Shown here: in pieces, positions 1 through 11,929 of the stretch
Position numbering within the stretch: the first letter of the stretch is position 1
Layout: every line of letters starts with the position of its first letter
Assembly (NCBI GenBank): GCA_011109175.1
Contig: RDEW01000036.1
Span: 547,281 to 611,280 of the forward strand
Length of the DNA: 64,000 nt
Direction of reading: 5' to 3'
Source of the DNA: Dicyema japonicum
Lineage: Eukaryota > Animalia > Dicyemida
Position numbers and translations under genes: made by a program
Notes under the pieces: generated by a model
What the model was told of the DNA's origin: nothing
Seen by the model: the letters and a program-made list of their open reading frames with translations, nothing else
Database searches by the model: none

Positions 1-75
1 GGTCGCTTTTCAAAAGTGGAAACATAGCTTACAATAAATGTGTTTACTGTCCATAGTTATAACTATTATGGTTTC

Positions 76-881
76 TTAACTAAGGAAGCCTAGCTTAGAG
101 GCATGAACAATTCCTCTCCTCCCCCATTTTAAAAAAAGGGGATTCATAATGGAAGATAGTTTACCTAATTGAAATAAATGTTTATGCGTTACGGGAATAA
201 TATAATTTGCTAAAATCAATTTATAGAAATGAATACCTAATACCCTAACAAACAAAATCAATCCTCAATAGGATTACTTAAACACAAAATATATAAACTA
301 TTCACGAAATGCCTAGGAAATGTTCTCAAATTTTATTTTATTTCTCATTCTATTAATTGTACCCAAAAAAATAGCTACAAATGGTCAACCAACAACAACA
401 ACATCTAACACAACCCAACCTCCAACAACAACATATAACACAACACAACTTACAAGGAATCTTTCAACTATAACAACCCAACCAACAACAACATCTAACA
501 CAACCCAACCTCCAACAACAACTCCTATGTCTACAACTACTCAACTCCCAACAACAACTCCTATGGCTACAACAACCCAACCTACAACACTTCCTCTATG
601 TAGGACAACTACTACAACTACTCCAACAAGATCAGGAATCGGAGCAAATACAATTTCAGGAAAACTAAGTAATCTTTCATATCACTTTTAGTTGTTCTTT
701 CAGTAATAATCATGGTAGTTCGGTAATAACCTACGATTCTAACATATTAACATTTAATTTGATTAATTTGATCGTTCGGTTAATTGGGGTACTTGGAGTA
801 ATAGTTGAACTGGAGATCAAACGTGAAGAATTTTCCCTCTTGATTATTGAATCTGATATATGACAAGTTGTGTGTTATAAC
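76..881 (+). repeat. Duplicated ~800-bp block (copy 1 of 3) carrying the mucin-like gene and its upstream region; other copies ~10007-10824 and ~14777-15528
   Basis: Near-identical sequence by eye from ttaactaaggaagcctagc through the ORF and 3' flank in all three places, same strand. Confidence 0.9.
320..726 (+). CDS. Thr-rich mucin-like surface protein, copy 1 (127 aa; signal peptide; GPI-like hydrophobic C-terminus)
   Basis: MFSNFILFLILLIVPKKIAT, then PTTTSNTTQ repeats. A 23-nt GT-AG intron at 669-691 joins to give ...SGIGANTISGKLIVLSVIIMVVR*. Reading frame intact. Confidence 0.75.
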
Positions 882-1265
882 TAGGGGAACCAGAAAATTG
901 CAAATTTCAAAATAAAAATTGCAAATAATAATATTTTTAATCTTTATTTTGGAATATAATAAAAATAGAAAAAATTATAGTATTGATTAAATTTTAATTA
1001 AAATGACAGTTATGACAAAGGTAACGTCTGTGGCTCGGTAATTGCTCTGGCTCGCGATATATTTAATAACTTTGTCATAAAATTTAACAACTTTAGCAAA
1101 TAATTTAATAACTAGGCAAAGAATTGGTATCGCAGTTGTCCGCGGAAACGCTTACTCCGTGATGTCAGCAGCCGCTCTCCCCCATAGTTAATAAATAATA
1201 GTTAATAAATTTTTCATTTAATTTATGGGATTATTATTTATTTTTTGGGATTATTATTTATATTT

Positions 1266-1657
1266 TTTTAAAGCCTTTTCACGAGAGCCATAGTATTTTA
1301 TTGCTCCGCATAGGCAGGACACACACTTTATTTAAGTAAAGAACAGTTAATTTTAACTAATCGTAGAACCAAGGAATGATCTTCACTTCTTTTTTTTTTG
1401 TGTGAGAGTCCTTTCTAGACAATCCAGTTCGCAGTAAGTATCCACTGATGACGGCGTCACTCGTCAAACCAAAAGTTGAAGCACCATTACTGTAGTCCCC
1501 ATACAAGCCCACCAGGGACCTTTTGCCTGCTACGTTTCCGTCCTGAGCCACTACAGTCCTCATTATACCAACCTGATCACAAAACCTTCGTTAAGCAACC
1601 ATGTCTAGGCACACAGTACAGGGGCAGTAGGCACCACAACGACCAGCAAGCTGGCCA
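1266..1657 (-). mobile_element. Chimeric retrocopy: SRP RNA head plus 3' part of the tRNA-SINE
   Basis: Flanked by 13-bp direct repeat ATTATTTATATTT (1253-1265, 1658-1670). 1266-1470 is nearly identical to the 3' ~200 nt of the SINE at 19948-20296. Confidence 0.8.
1471..1656 (-). ncRNA. SRP (7SL) RNA, S domain / compact form
   Basis: Minus strand has helix 8 GGCUCAGG-ACG-GAAA-CGU-AGCAGG (SRP54-binding CAGG/AGCA motif, GNRA loop at 1538-1535) and helix 6 GGUUGCUUAAC-GAAG-GUUUUGUGAUC (GNAR loop at 1589-1586). A long helix 5 pairs GUUGUGGUGCC/GGUGCUUCAAC, UACUG/CAGUA and CCCC/GGGG. Ends in UUUU. Confidence 0.85.
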
Positions 1658-1704
1658 ATTATTTATATTTATTGTATTATTGTTTATTTTTTTTTATTTA
1701 TATC

Positions 1705-2108
1705 TATCGACAATAAATAGGACGCTAGAGACATTTGGATATAGTTTTAAGAAGATTCAATTTGTACCTATGGCGAGAAATTCTACAATAAATATGGAAG
1801 AAAGATATGCCAGAAAAATAATTGAAATTGATAATCAACGGCTTATTTTTATAGACGAAATAGGAGTCAATTTTTCGATGAGATCCAAATTTGGAAGATC
1901 TATAAAAGGAGTTACTCCGAAAAAATGTATTAGAAACATAAGAGAGAAAATTTTTTCTATTTGTGCTGCTATTTCAGTGGACAGCCTTTTACATTACGAA
2001 ATCAATTCCTCCCTTTATCGCACGGAGACGTTCATTGATTTTGTAATACAGCTTAATTATAAGCTTAAACATGCAGGGGAAAAAGTATGGTTATATGTTA
2101 TTATTTAA
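1705..2108 (+). mobile_element. IS630-Tc1-mariner transposase fragment (DDE_3-like)
   Basis: RLIFIDEIGVN...FGRSIKG...SICAAIS motif pattern typical of the N-terminal half of the DDE domain; truncated, no TIRs seen. Confidence 0.7.
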
Positions 2109-2294
2109 GACATTGCACTGAGGCTCTTTTGTAAATAGCAGACAGATATATTGTATATTGTTAGATCGCATGTCAGTTGGTGTTTCTTTTAAGGCTCTTC
2201 AATTAAATATCCCAGAGTGAACGGAGAAGTCGGTAAGGAATACGAATAAGACATAATGCAATAGAAACGTCGTCACTACCTCAACCAAAAAGCC

Positions 2295-2900
2295 TGCCTC
2301 GGATGAAAGAGATAATATAAAGATTATCATATAAGATCGAAATTTTTAAACTAAAAATATTCATTTGATTTCATTCTAATAGTAATTAACGGCGGAACAT
2401 TTCCCTCCCTGTCGACCAATTTTGATCTCAACTTCTCGGACGCCTGTTTCTGACCGACGCAAACCGAAGGATCGGATTTCTGTTATTCAACTGAACGGAT
2501 TAAAGGGAAAATTAATGAACTTAGCACTCAACCAGGGGCCATGGAAGGATCGCTCTCGTCAAACAAAGAAATCGTCTCAAAAGGAGGGGGAGATTTTTTC
2601 CCGAAGCAGAGTCATTATAAAATCGCTGAGCAATGAAATTAAAGCTAAAGAATTCAAAATACAGAGAACAAAATGGACACGTGTCATCATGCTTTCTGTA
2701 AAAAGTGAAGGAAATCCTGAGTAAAACCAGGTAAACAAATTCACGGGGGACTGATGCGATTTTTCCATACTTATTATTTCATGAACTACAATTCGATTCC
2801 AACGGTAGGTCGCGAACATCCGGCCTACATTGAAAACGGGAAAACCGATAGGACTTGACTTTAATCAGACCAGTTTTACTAATCTGTTCAATGTCCAAAA
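2295..2900 (+). mobile_element. Degenerate LINE 5' / ORF2 remnant; 2295-2530 recurs at ~11545-11790
   Basis: SVIQLNGLKGK(I)NEL resembles an APE endonuclease start. KSLSNEIKAKEF..TKW resembles the LINE linker at 39917-40123. Confidence 0.45.
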
Positions 2901-3229
2901 TTTTGGAGAAGCTTTTCCTTGTGAAAATTATAGACATTCTTCTTGATAGACAGTTCCAGCATGGATTAAAAAAATATTGATCAACCACACGCCATATAAT
3001 CTCCGTGAGTGACTTCATTCACTCTGGTTTTTTCGAAATTTCAGATATCAGTAGCCCTTTCTATGAACAGTGGACATATTTAAAGCCTTCGACTCCACTG
3101 GACACGCCTTTGAATGGATACTTGCCAAATTCAACTATTAATTTTTTCAAGTTAAAATATTACCAATTCCTAATTCATTTAATTGAATCTAAATATTAAA
3201 GCGGACCAATAAGGTTCAATCTGTAGTAG

Positions 3230-3726
3230 AGATCACCAGGGTCCAAATCAAGGTAGACAATGTTATCAGTACCTCGGTGCTAGTCAAGCACAATAAACCG
3301 GACATTGTGGAACACGATAAGGAGTCTGGCCAAGTCCTTATCATAGAGGTTGGCATTACGTCTCAAGACCGTTTGCAGACTGTGGAGGTGGAGAAAAAAT
3401 GGAAGTGTGACTTGCTTGCAAACGAAATGAGGCAGATGCTTGTTTGCATGGTCATCGTTATTCCAATAGTGATGACGTGGGAAGGAATTGCAACAAAGTA
3501 CCACAAGGGTTATCTGAAGCTGTTAGGGGTAGATAGAAAGCTCCAGGTCTATCTACAGTCCACTGTATTAAAGCGGACCCTAGAGAGCCTGACACAGGAG
3601 TATAAGGGGCAGAGCCCGGAGATGCCATATGGGCAGAGGGTTCATTGGACAAGGCGTTCTCGGAGTTGTTTTAGCAACCAGAATCGAACCTACCTGAGGA
3701 GGCTGGCGAACAGGCAGGCTAGGTAG
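3230..3726 (+). mobile_element. RLE-type (R4/Dong/NeSL-like) non-LTR retrotransposon, 3' endonuclease end
   Basis: HNKPDIV..D...LIIEVGITSQDRL..VEVEKKWK.DLLA..VIPIVMTWEG: PD-(D/E)xK restriction-like endonuclease. Confidence 0.8.
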
Positions 3727-3859
3727 GTAGTCGATTATTAAATATTAACTTTTTATTGTTGGTTAAATAAAGTGGGAATTTAATTAAAAAATTAACAAAT
3801 TATTATTTTACTATTTTAAAAGGTTAATTCTAATTAAAATTTTTTCTATCCAATTCTTT

Positions 3860-6400
3860 TCCTCTTCGAGCAACTATGGGAGTAAACCCAATTGTCACAG
3901 TCCTTTTCTTATTCCTCATTATATATTGACACCACTTCGCTAACACTCTTCTCTTGAATTTCTTCATAATCAGACCGAGAGTAAATTTTCTTTATCCTTT
4001 CGTTAAGTTTATCATAACGCCGCGAATCGTCGACTTCGTTCTTATATGATATAATCATACTCTCCAAAGTCTTCTTGATTACCAGCGATTGAGCATACGC
4101 ATACGTTTCTTCACTTATATTTAAAGATCTGGCATACTTCCACGAATGTGAAGTCACTAGGCCATCCCAGTGAGTACAATCGGACAATCTTGACCTCTGC
4201 GTAGTGTATCAACTCCAGCTCTTTGGAAAGAAGGTCATATTTCCTCAGCTTTTCGCATTCCATTTGCTGTAGATTTTGGGAAGATGTTATTCCCACTTCG
4301 ACCAAGATAATTTTGTTTCTCCTTTTATCAAAAACAAACAGTCTGGCTTGTTATGCTCAATAATTATGTCCGTTTAAAAAAAAAGTGTCAACTCTGATTT
4401 CAACTGAGTCATTCATTACAATGGATTGCACTGAATGAGCTTCAGTTTTTTCGTTTTTGAGACCAAACTCTCTGCAAAAGTGGAAATGTAGACACCTCAC
4501 GACTTCGTTATGTCTTCTTACATAATCCCCATGCAACATCTTTTCACACCTTGTGGCACAATGATTCAAAGTCTTCTTCCATTTTTTACAATGGGTGCAC
4601 ATTGCATTTTGTTCTCCAAAGAACAGATTCCTATTTTGAATAAGGAAGAATAAGGCTTCCGACATTGGGAAGTTATCCTTCTTTAGAAACCAATGAGGAA
4701 AAAGCTCGATGTTCACATAATTTTTTAACAAATTTTTATAAATAACGGAATGAAGACTTTTCAATCTTATTTAATTCATTAAACCTTTTTTTTGCATTTT
4801 CGAAATCAATTTTCTATCCAACTCTAAAGTGTCGTAAACAGAACATTTTTGCCTTAGAAATTCTTCAATTAATGCCAAATGTGTTTTCTCTGAAATTTCG
4901 GCTTGAAGAATTGCGGGACTTCTATTGCAAACAGTACTTCTGAGTTTCAAATCATGAAAAATCTATATAACATCTTCACTTAAAAGAGAGATTGAGTGTA
5001 GCACTCTCCCAAGGTAATTCCTCGTTAAATAAAGCCTCTGCTTAGATGCAGGTTTAAGATGGACTCGATGTTTAATCAATATGGTGCGGATAGCTTAAAA
5101 AATCAAATCGTATTCACAAGGTTCCACATTAATGAGTCCAATATAATAGTTATATAAAGACAGAGCATGCTCATTAATAGCCTTTAACAAATTCACTGCA
5201 TTTAGTTTGGTATTCACCGAGTTTCTCAATTCTCTGGTTTACTTACGAAGAAATTATTTTTAACATTTCTGGCACTTGAATTTGTCCAGAAGGACCTTCC
5301 AATACACCGAGGTATTTATATCCATTCCCTTAACAACTTGGCTTCATCTGATAACAAGACATTTGTAGCGGACTTTTCTAGATTCCTTTCCAGCCCTACA
5401 GCACTGAAGTACAAATTAACATCTTCCATCATTATGATTGACAATAACATCTTCACTAGTCGAAATAAGTTTTAAATCGTCAATAAAAGTATGATTAGTT
5501 GAGAATGACGAGACAGACTGATCATCATGTAAAACGGAGACTTTTGGATACTTGTATATTAATAAACGGCTAAGTGGGTCAAGCACTATGACAAATAACA
5601 TGGGGATAGACTATCCCCTGCAAAATTTCCCTTTCAATCTGAATATCACGAATATTTTCATTATTCAACATTAGTTTCACTCTCCAATGCATAATCAGTA
5701 ATCTCACAACTTTAATAATCCATTCGGGGATCCGGATTTTTGAAGGACTTCCATTAAAAAGTTGTGGTCAACTGAGTCAAATGCTTTTTTGACGTCAATC
5801 CATGCAGCATGTAATCCACCTCCATTTACTTTATTAAGTGATTTATTGACTAGTGCCTGTTCTATAGCACCCTGACATCTCTTCTTGTTCCCATCTGCTT
5901 TTCAGAAAGAAGGCCAAACGCTTCCACACAATCCGCTAGCTTGGCATTGATACACTTCGTCATAAGTATATAGAGTGACGACATGCATGTAATAGGGCGT
6001 AAGTCCTTTGGCGACTGTGGCGTTTCGCATTTTGGATCAAGTACGTAATTCCAGTAAAAACCAGTTTCCAGGGACGTACTCTCCGTTCACAATCCTAATC
6101 ATTTCGGTATGGAATTCATGCAGCGAGGTAAATTTCTTAAGGAAGAAATTGTAGATCCCATCACAACCTGGGGCCTTCCAATTAGGCAAATATTGAATCG
6201 TTTGTTCAAATAAATTTTTCGAGAATTCAACAGACACATTTTCAACACCAGCCATTCTTTTTTTGCAACCAACAATCGACAAAGCATGGCACGCCATAGA
6301 CTTCTCGTCAGTAGAAGGAGTCTTCGTAAAAAACTTTTCAATAAAAACAGAATGTGATTTCATAATACATTAAAAAAATATTTTGGAAGAATACTAATTT
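3860..6400 (-). mobile_element. RLE-type non-LTR retrotransposon, degenerate RT + CCHC + RLE
   Basis: PNWKAPGCDGI, WIDVKKAFDSVDH, GDSLSPMLFVIVLDPL, FIDDLKL, CTHC...LNHCATRC, then EVGITS..EKLRKYDLL. Confidence 0.85.
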
Positions 6401-6499
6401 GAAAATGTTTTTATTCGAGATGTATCATTTGCGAAAATTGAAAGCCATATAAAAAACACAAAGAGCGACCTCTGGATTAAGGTAATTAGATAAGGAGGC

Positions 6500-9400
6500 A
6501 ATTTGTGAGTTCTACAGTAAAAAAGGATTTTCTACATTCTACAGTTCTACAGTAAAGTTCTACAGAATAAATGGTTAAGAAACAAACACCAAGAGACCTG
6601 TATTAAACCAGTAAAAAGCACTAAAGTGAAGAGCTCTTTCATCCTCCGGGAAGTGCTACTGCTGAATCATTCTCTTTAGAAAACAAGACTCCGCATAAGA
6701 CAGAACCTGTTAAACCAGCGAATGTCATTACAAAACACGATCCCAAGGAAATGTCCAAAATATATGGATGAACTAATGAAATCCGATCATTCAGAGAACA
6801 AGACTATATTAATTAAAGTGAATTCTACTATGAATACGATTAAAATCGCAAACTTTTTACAATACTATGACCGATACGGATCTATGAGGATAAGCCACAG
6901 AGGACCGGGCTCTTTCCTACTGGATTTCCTGAATAACTCCCATGTAGCCACCTTTATAGAAGCGGTGAATGAGACCTGCCCCTTTGGTAATGACAATCAC
7001 CATTTCAAGATAATCTCAACAAAACCGTCTAAGATTGTCCTAAGGAACTTCCCCTTTTGGGTGAAGGAGGACGACCTCTTGGACTACTTTCAAAAGATGG
7101 CTTTCTCAGTCACGAAGGTTACCCGAATGACCAGAAGATTGCAGCCATGCCATTGGCGAAGGCCACGATCAATATGAAGTCGGAGGCTACATCACTAATA
7201 CGATGTGGCTTCTACATCGAGAAAACAAGATTTCTTGTGAATGGATGCGAAGAGGACCACCGATCTGCTACAGCTGTCAGCAAATCGGCCACTTTGCAAC
7301 CAGTGCACGGGAAAGAAAAAATGCTTACGTTGCGCGGAAGAACACGACACCACCAAATGTAATGCGGATCCAACTCTTGAACGAAAATGTGTTAACTGCG
7401 GGTCAACACGACACGGCGCAAGATACGAAGGATGCCCTGTATTCATGGAGGCCAGACGAAAGTTAAACTCCCGAATCGACGACAGGGAACCAAAATAGAC
7501 AGATATTATAACCAAGAAATTGGAACTGCCAGCCTAAAAAAGGATAATTGGTCCAAGAACTAACAAGTACGAAGCTGCATAGAAATTCCATGGGTCGAAG
7601 GTGCAGAAGCTGGTACTGGAACCACATTGTTCTACAGTGAAGTTCTACAGATACGTGAGCCAAAAATTATTATGAATATACAAAAATCTCTTTGACCAAA
7701 CCAGAAGGAGGATCGTGCTCTATGGAAGAAGCTCCAGCTATCTTTAAGAAGCAACTGGAGTATATCCAGGGGGTCGACCCAATGGAGCTAATCCTAGGGG
7801 AAAGTTGAAAGCTACAGAAGAACTCCTAACGTACTCTCTAAATGATCTTAATGATACCAAAATGGAGATAACGACAGAGGACGTTATAAATGCGATCAGA
7901 ACATGCAAGGCCAACGCCCCTGGACATGATCATATAAGTATGAGATTGTTCAAAACCGGATGATCTGCTGCTTGTGCTGAGGAATCTATTTAACACGAGT
8001 ATTATTCATGGATATGTCCCAATACGATGGAAATGTTCTATTATCAGAATGGTACTCAAACCGGAAAAGTCGGGGAGGAACTCTCAACTATAGACCGATC
8101 AGCCTCATTTGGTCTATATCCAAGATTGCTGAGCAAATTATCTTCAAGAGGCTGAACGATCACATAAAAGAAAGTGGATTCCTCCTCGCGGAACAATGGG
8201 GCTTCAGACCTGGAAAATCCTGTACGGACTGCATCTACCAGATGCACTCGACGGTATTGAGAGGTCTGGAATTAAGAGACAAGTCAACCTAGTATGTCTG
8301 GATCTGTCTAAAGCAGAGCTTTTCAAAAAATAATTCTCGCGGCACACTAATCGTAAAAAAAATAATCCACGGCACACATTAAAAAATAAAAAAATTAAAT
8401 TTTTAAGATGTGTAAAACTAAGTACAAAAATTGGTAATTTAATGCCCAAATTTTTATTAATAAAAAAATGAATTCTTAATTATTATTGTTTTTGCATATA
8501 TCATCAATATCAGGTCGAATGGTTGACAAAGGCACTCTCATTTCAGCACAAATCGGACGAGAAACAGTGTTATCTGACAAAGGTATCTTCATTATTTTTT
8601 GTTCATATTTATGACCAAACATAGTCCGAGCAATAATACGACAAGCAGGGATTATCAAGTTTTCGCCAATAATGTGAGGTTTTAGTTGTTTTGCTATCAC
8701 TTCTGAGATCAGGTATGAACATTTCAATGATTCCTTTGTGTTTAAAAAAGTTTCACTGAACATCAGATCTACGATTCATAGTAAAAACTTAAGTTGTTTT
8801 TTTCAAATGGATAAAATAATCCACAGATTTTTCGGAATAGTCCGGATGCTTGGAAGTAAAATGTCTCTTTAGTTTGCTAAAAACCATAGCATCATTTGCA
8901 AAGACTCTCATGCAAATTAGACATTGAGGTAGTTTATTTTTATCTTTGCATATAAATCCAAATGACAAAAAAGAATCTTTATAAAAACGACGAACTGATC
9001 CATAAGCACGTTGATGCGCACGTTATTAAAAAATTAATAAATAATGGTTAACCAATGTAAATGTCATTAATATATAATAAAAAAATGATTATTTTAATTT
9101 TAGTAATTATTTTAATTTGTTTATCTTTTTAAATTAATTAGGTCAAAAAATGCATATAAATTTATTCAAATTTGTATTTGGCAGGCGGCACACTAGAAAT
9201 TGTCTTGCGGCACACCGTTTGATAACCTCTGGTCTAAAGCTTTTGATAGCGTGTGGCATGAAGCCCTCCTATCAAGGCTAGCAGCTGCTAATATCCATAA
9301 GAAACACTTCATATGGATCAATAACTTTCTAACGGAACGAACTTCTCGAATACGTGTCGGACCATATATGTCAAAAGATATTGCATTGAAGAGGAGGCAT

Positions 9401-9900
9401 CGTGTACAACCTTATTCACTTGGCATCCCAAAAGTGAATTCACTTCGCTACCTCAAGATAGTCATCGATGGAGAAGGTTCCTTCATGGAAGATATCGGAC
9501 GAAGAAGGAAGAAAGCGCTACAAGCGCTTTTCTGTACAAGGAAGCTATCCGTAAGCTTGGAGACCTTCCTATTTGTTTTCACGAGAGTTATTCTGCCGGA
9601 ACTATTGTATGGATGCGAAGCATGGTTTTTCTCACGCCATAGAGAAGGAATTATACTTCTTATGGAAAAATCAAGAAGGTCAGCAATAAAGCTGGCCTTG
9701 GGGAAAAAACTATTCAACACCCTTAGTATAGAAGAAGATAAAATCTTTACTCTGGTGAGATACATTGTGGAGAAGAGGATCGATGGGATCCACATATAGG
9801 ATAAAAAAATGGAGATGAGGTACGTCGGAAGAGTCCAGGCCGCATTGGCGGACTCGCATAAACCTTTTAATTATCTCCTATAATACGCTTAAATAAAGAT
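6500..9900 (+). mobile_element. I/Jockey-like LINE (gag-like ORF1, partial RT), internally deleted, split by a hAT
   Basis: Three zinc knuckles (CYSCQQIGH, CLRCAEEH, CVNCGSTRH) at ~7200-7450. RT YRPISL...QWGFRPGKSC...VCLDLSK continues as AFDSVWHEAL after 9231. Confidence 0.85.
8314..9231 (-). mobile_element. Non-autonomous hAT (Buster/Charlie-like) inserted in the LINE RT
   Basis: 8-bp TSD GTCTAAAG (8306-8313, 9232-9239); imperfect TIR CAGAG(C/G)TT(T/A)TCAAA; GCGGCACAC subterminal repeats; ORF fragment SYLISEVIAKQLKPHIIGENLIIPAC...IPLSDNTVSR. Confidence 0.9.
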
Positions 9901-9909
9901 TGGTTCGGT

Positions 9910-10000
9910 TCAGTTAGAGAAGAAGTTAGTTTAAATTAGAAAATGGATTAGGGTAATTAGAAGAGTTAGTTTGAATTAGAGAATGAATTATGGTGCATTT
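9910..10000. repeat. Degenerate ~21-bp minisatellite upstream of mucin copy 2 (also 14648-14770 upstream of copy 3; short trace at 6478-6497)
   Basis: Recurring AATTAGAGAA..NTTAG(G/T)(G/T)T units. Confidence 0.7.
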
Positions 10001-10255
10001 GATCCATTTAAACTAAGAAAGCATATCTTATAGGCATTAAAATTCGTCTCCTCCTTACTTTATTGGAAGGGGATTCATATTGGCGGATAGTTGATTTAAT
10101 TGAAATAAATGTTTATGAGTTTAAGGGAATAATATAATTTGCTAAAATCAATTCATGGAATTGAATACCTAATACCCCAACAAACAAAATCAATCCTCAA
10201 TAGGATTACTTACGTACACACAAAATATATAAAACTATTACGAAATGCCTAGGAA

Positions 10256-10668
10256 ATGTTCTCAAATTTTATTTTGTTTCTTATTCTATTAATTGTACCA
10301 AAAAAAAACTATAGCTCTAATTACTAAAGCACCAACAACAACGTCTAACACAACCCAACCTCCAACAACAACATATAACAACCCAAACTTACGAGGAATC
10401 TTTCAACTATAACAACCCAACCACCAACAACAACATCTAACACAACCCAACCTCCAACAACAACTCCTATGTCTACAACTACTCAACTCCCAACAACAAC
10501 TCCTATGGCTACAACAACCCAACCCACAACACTTCCTCTATGTAGAACAACTACTACAACTACTCCAACAAGATCAGGAATCGGAGCAAATACAATTTCA
10601 GGAAAACTATGTAATCTTTCACATCACTTTTAGTTGTTCTTTCAGTAATAATCATGGTAGTTCGGTAA
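10256..10668 (+). CDS. Thr-rich mucin-like surface protein, copy 2 (frameshifted as assembled)
   Basis: Same signal peptide, repeats, 23-nt intron (10611-10633) and tail KLFVLSVIIMVVR*. An A9 run after the signal peptide and a second indel break the frame. Confidence 0.6.
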
Positions 10669-11929
10669 AAAACCTACGATTCTAACATATTAACATTTAA
10701 TTTGATTAATTTTGATTGTTCGGTTAATTGGGGTACTCGGAGAAATAGTTGAAATGGAGATCGAACGTGACAAATTTTCCCTCTTGATTACTGATTCTGA
10801 TATATGACAAGTGGTGTGTGATAACATAAATTTTAGGGAAATTCACTTAATTTGTTTTGTACTTTTCTTTTTCATGTAAAATTCCATTTACTCCACATTT
10901 GTTCTTTTTAAAATAAAATCACATTTTGACAAAGTCTACTAATTTCGGAAAGAATGGACTTTGTTGTAATTTGGGGGAGATTATTTTAACAACTATAATA
11001 AACTTTATTAACATGGAAGGTTAAGAGGGTATCAAGTTGACGATTCTTTCTACAAGTCCTCCATAGCTTGGACTTTCATCTGTGACCTCAGACCACTCTT
11101 GCGACATACACGTAAGGATAGATCTCCTTTCAGAAAGTTTGCCATCCTTTTCTCTGCTATTTCTCTAATCGACACTACTCTTTGTCCTCATCTAACGTCT
11201 CAGTTTGTGTAAGGCAATCTTGATCCCTCTCCCTTAGATTTTTAAAGAAGCAAAATAAAACACTCTATGTATGTAGTGTAATACCATCCTCAGAGGAGCC
11301 ATGGAATGATCGTACTTGAAAAATAAATAAAAATATATTCCTTCGAGTTTGAATTTCTTCATACCGATTTCGCGTGGTGTGTTGATTTTTCTACGGAGGA
11401 AACATTTTTATACTTGGAACAAATTTACTTCAAAGCAGATCCTTATAAAGTGAATATATTCCCAAAAACTTAAAATGTGATTTTAAAAAATATTTAAATA
11501 ACAGTTTTCCCGCCATCTGTCTATGCAAATCTTTAAAGTTGTTCTGCCTTGGATGAAAGATTTACTAATATCAAAAATTTTCACAAAATATCGAATTTTT
11601 TAAAATGAAAACATTAATGTCTATTTGATTCCATTCTATCAGTAATTAACGGTGGAACATTTCCATCCCTGTCAACCAGTTCTGGTCTCGGCTTCTCGTT
11701 CGCCTGTTTCTGACCGACGCAAACCGAAGGATCAGATCTCAATTATTCAGCTGAACGGGATTAAAGGGAAAATTAATGAACTTAGCATTTATTTAGAAAT
11801 TAAATAGTTATATACTAATCATTCAAAAATCGAAGTTATCGGCTTCATGAATTTAACAGACAGCAGTTTGACTGATTTATAGCTGGAGACTTTTTCCTCC
11901 GTTGACAAAACGGTTCCCTATATAAGGGG

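Noticed and set aside
1444-1470. CTGATGA hammerhead-like core in the SINE
   Set aside because: No GAAA after stem II, no closing stems, and it lies on the antisense strand of the SINE.
1476-2108. 210-aa ORF as a single gene
   Set aside because: Chance read-through of antisense SRP RNA, AT-rich flank and a Tc1 fragment.
9945-9960. TTAGGG as a telomeric repeat
   Set aside because: Isolated hexamers inside a different minisatellite; no tandem array.
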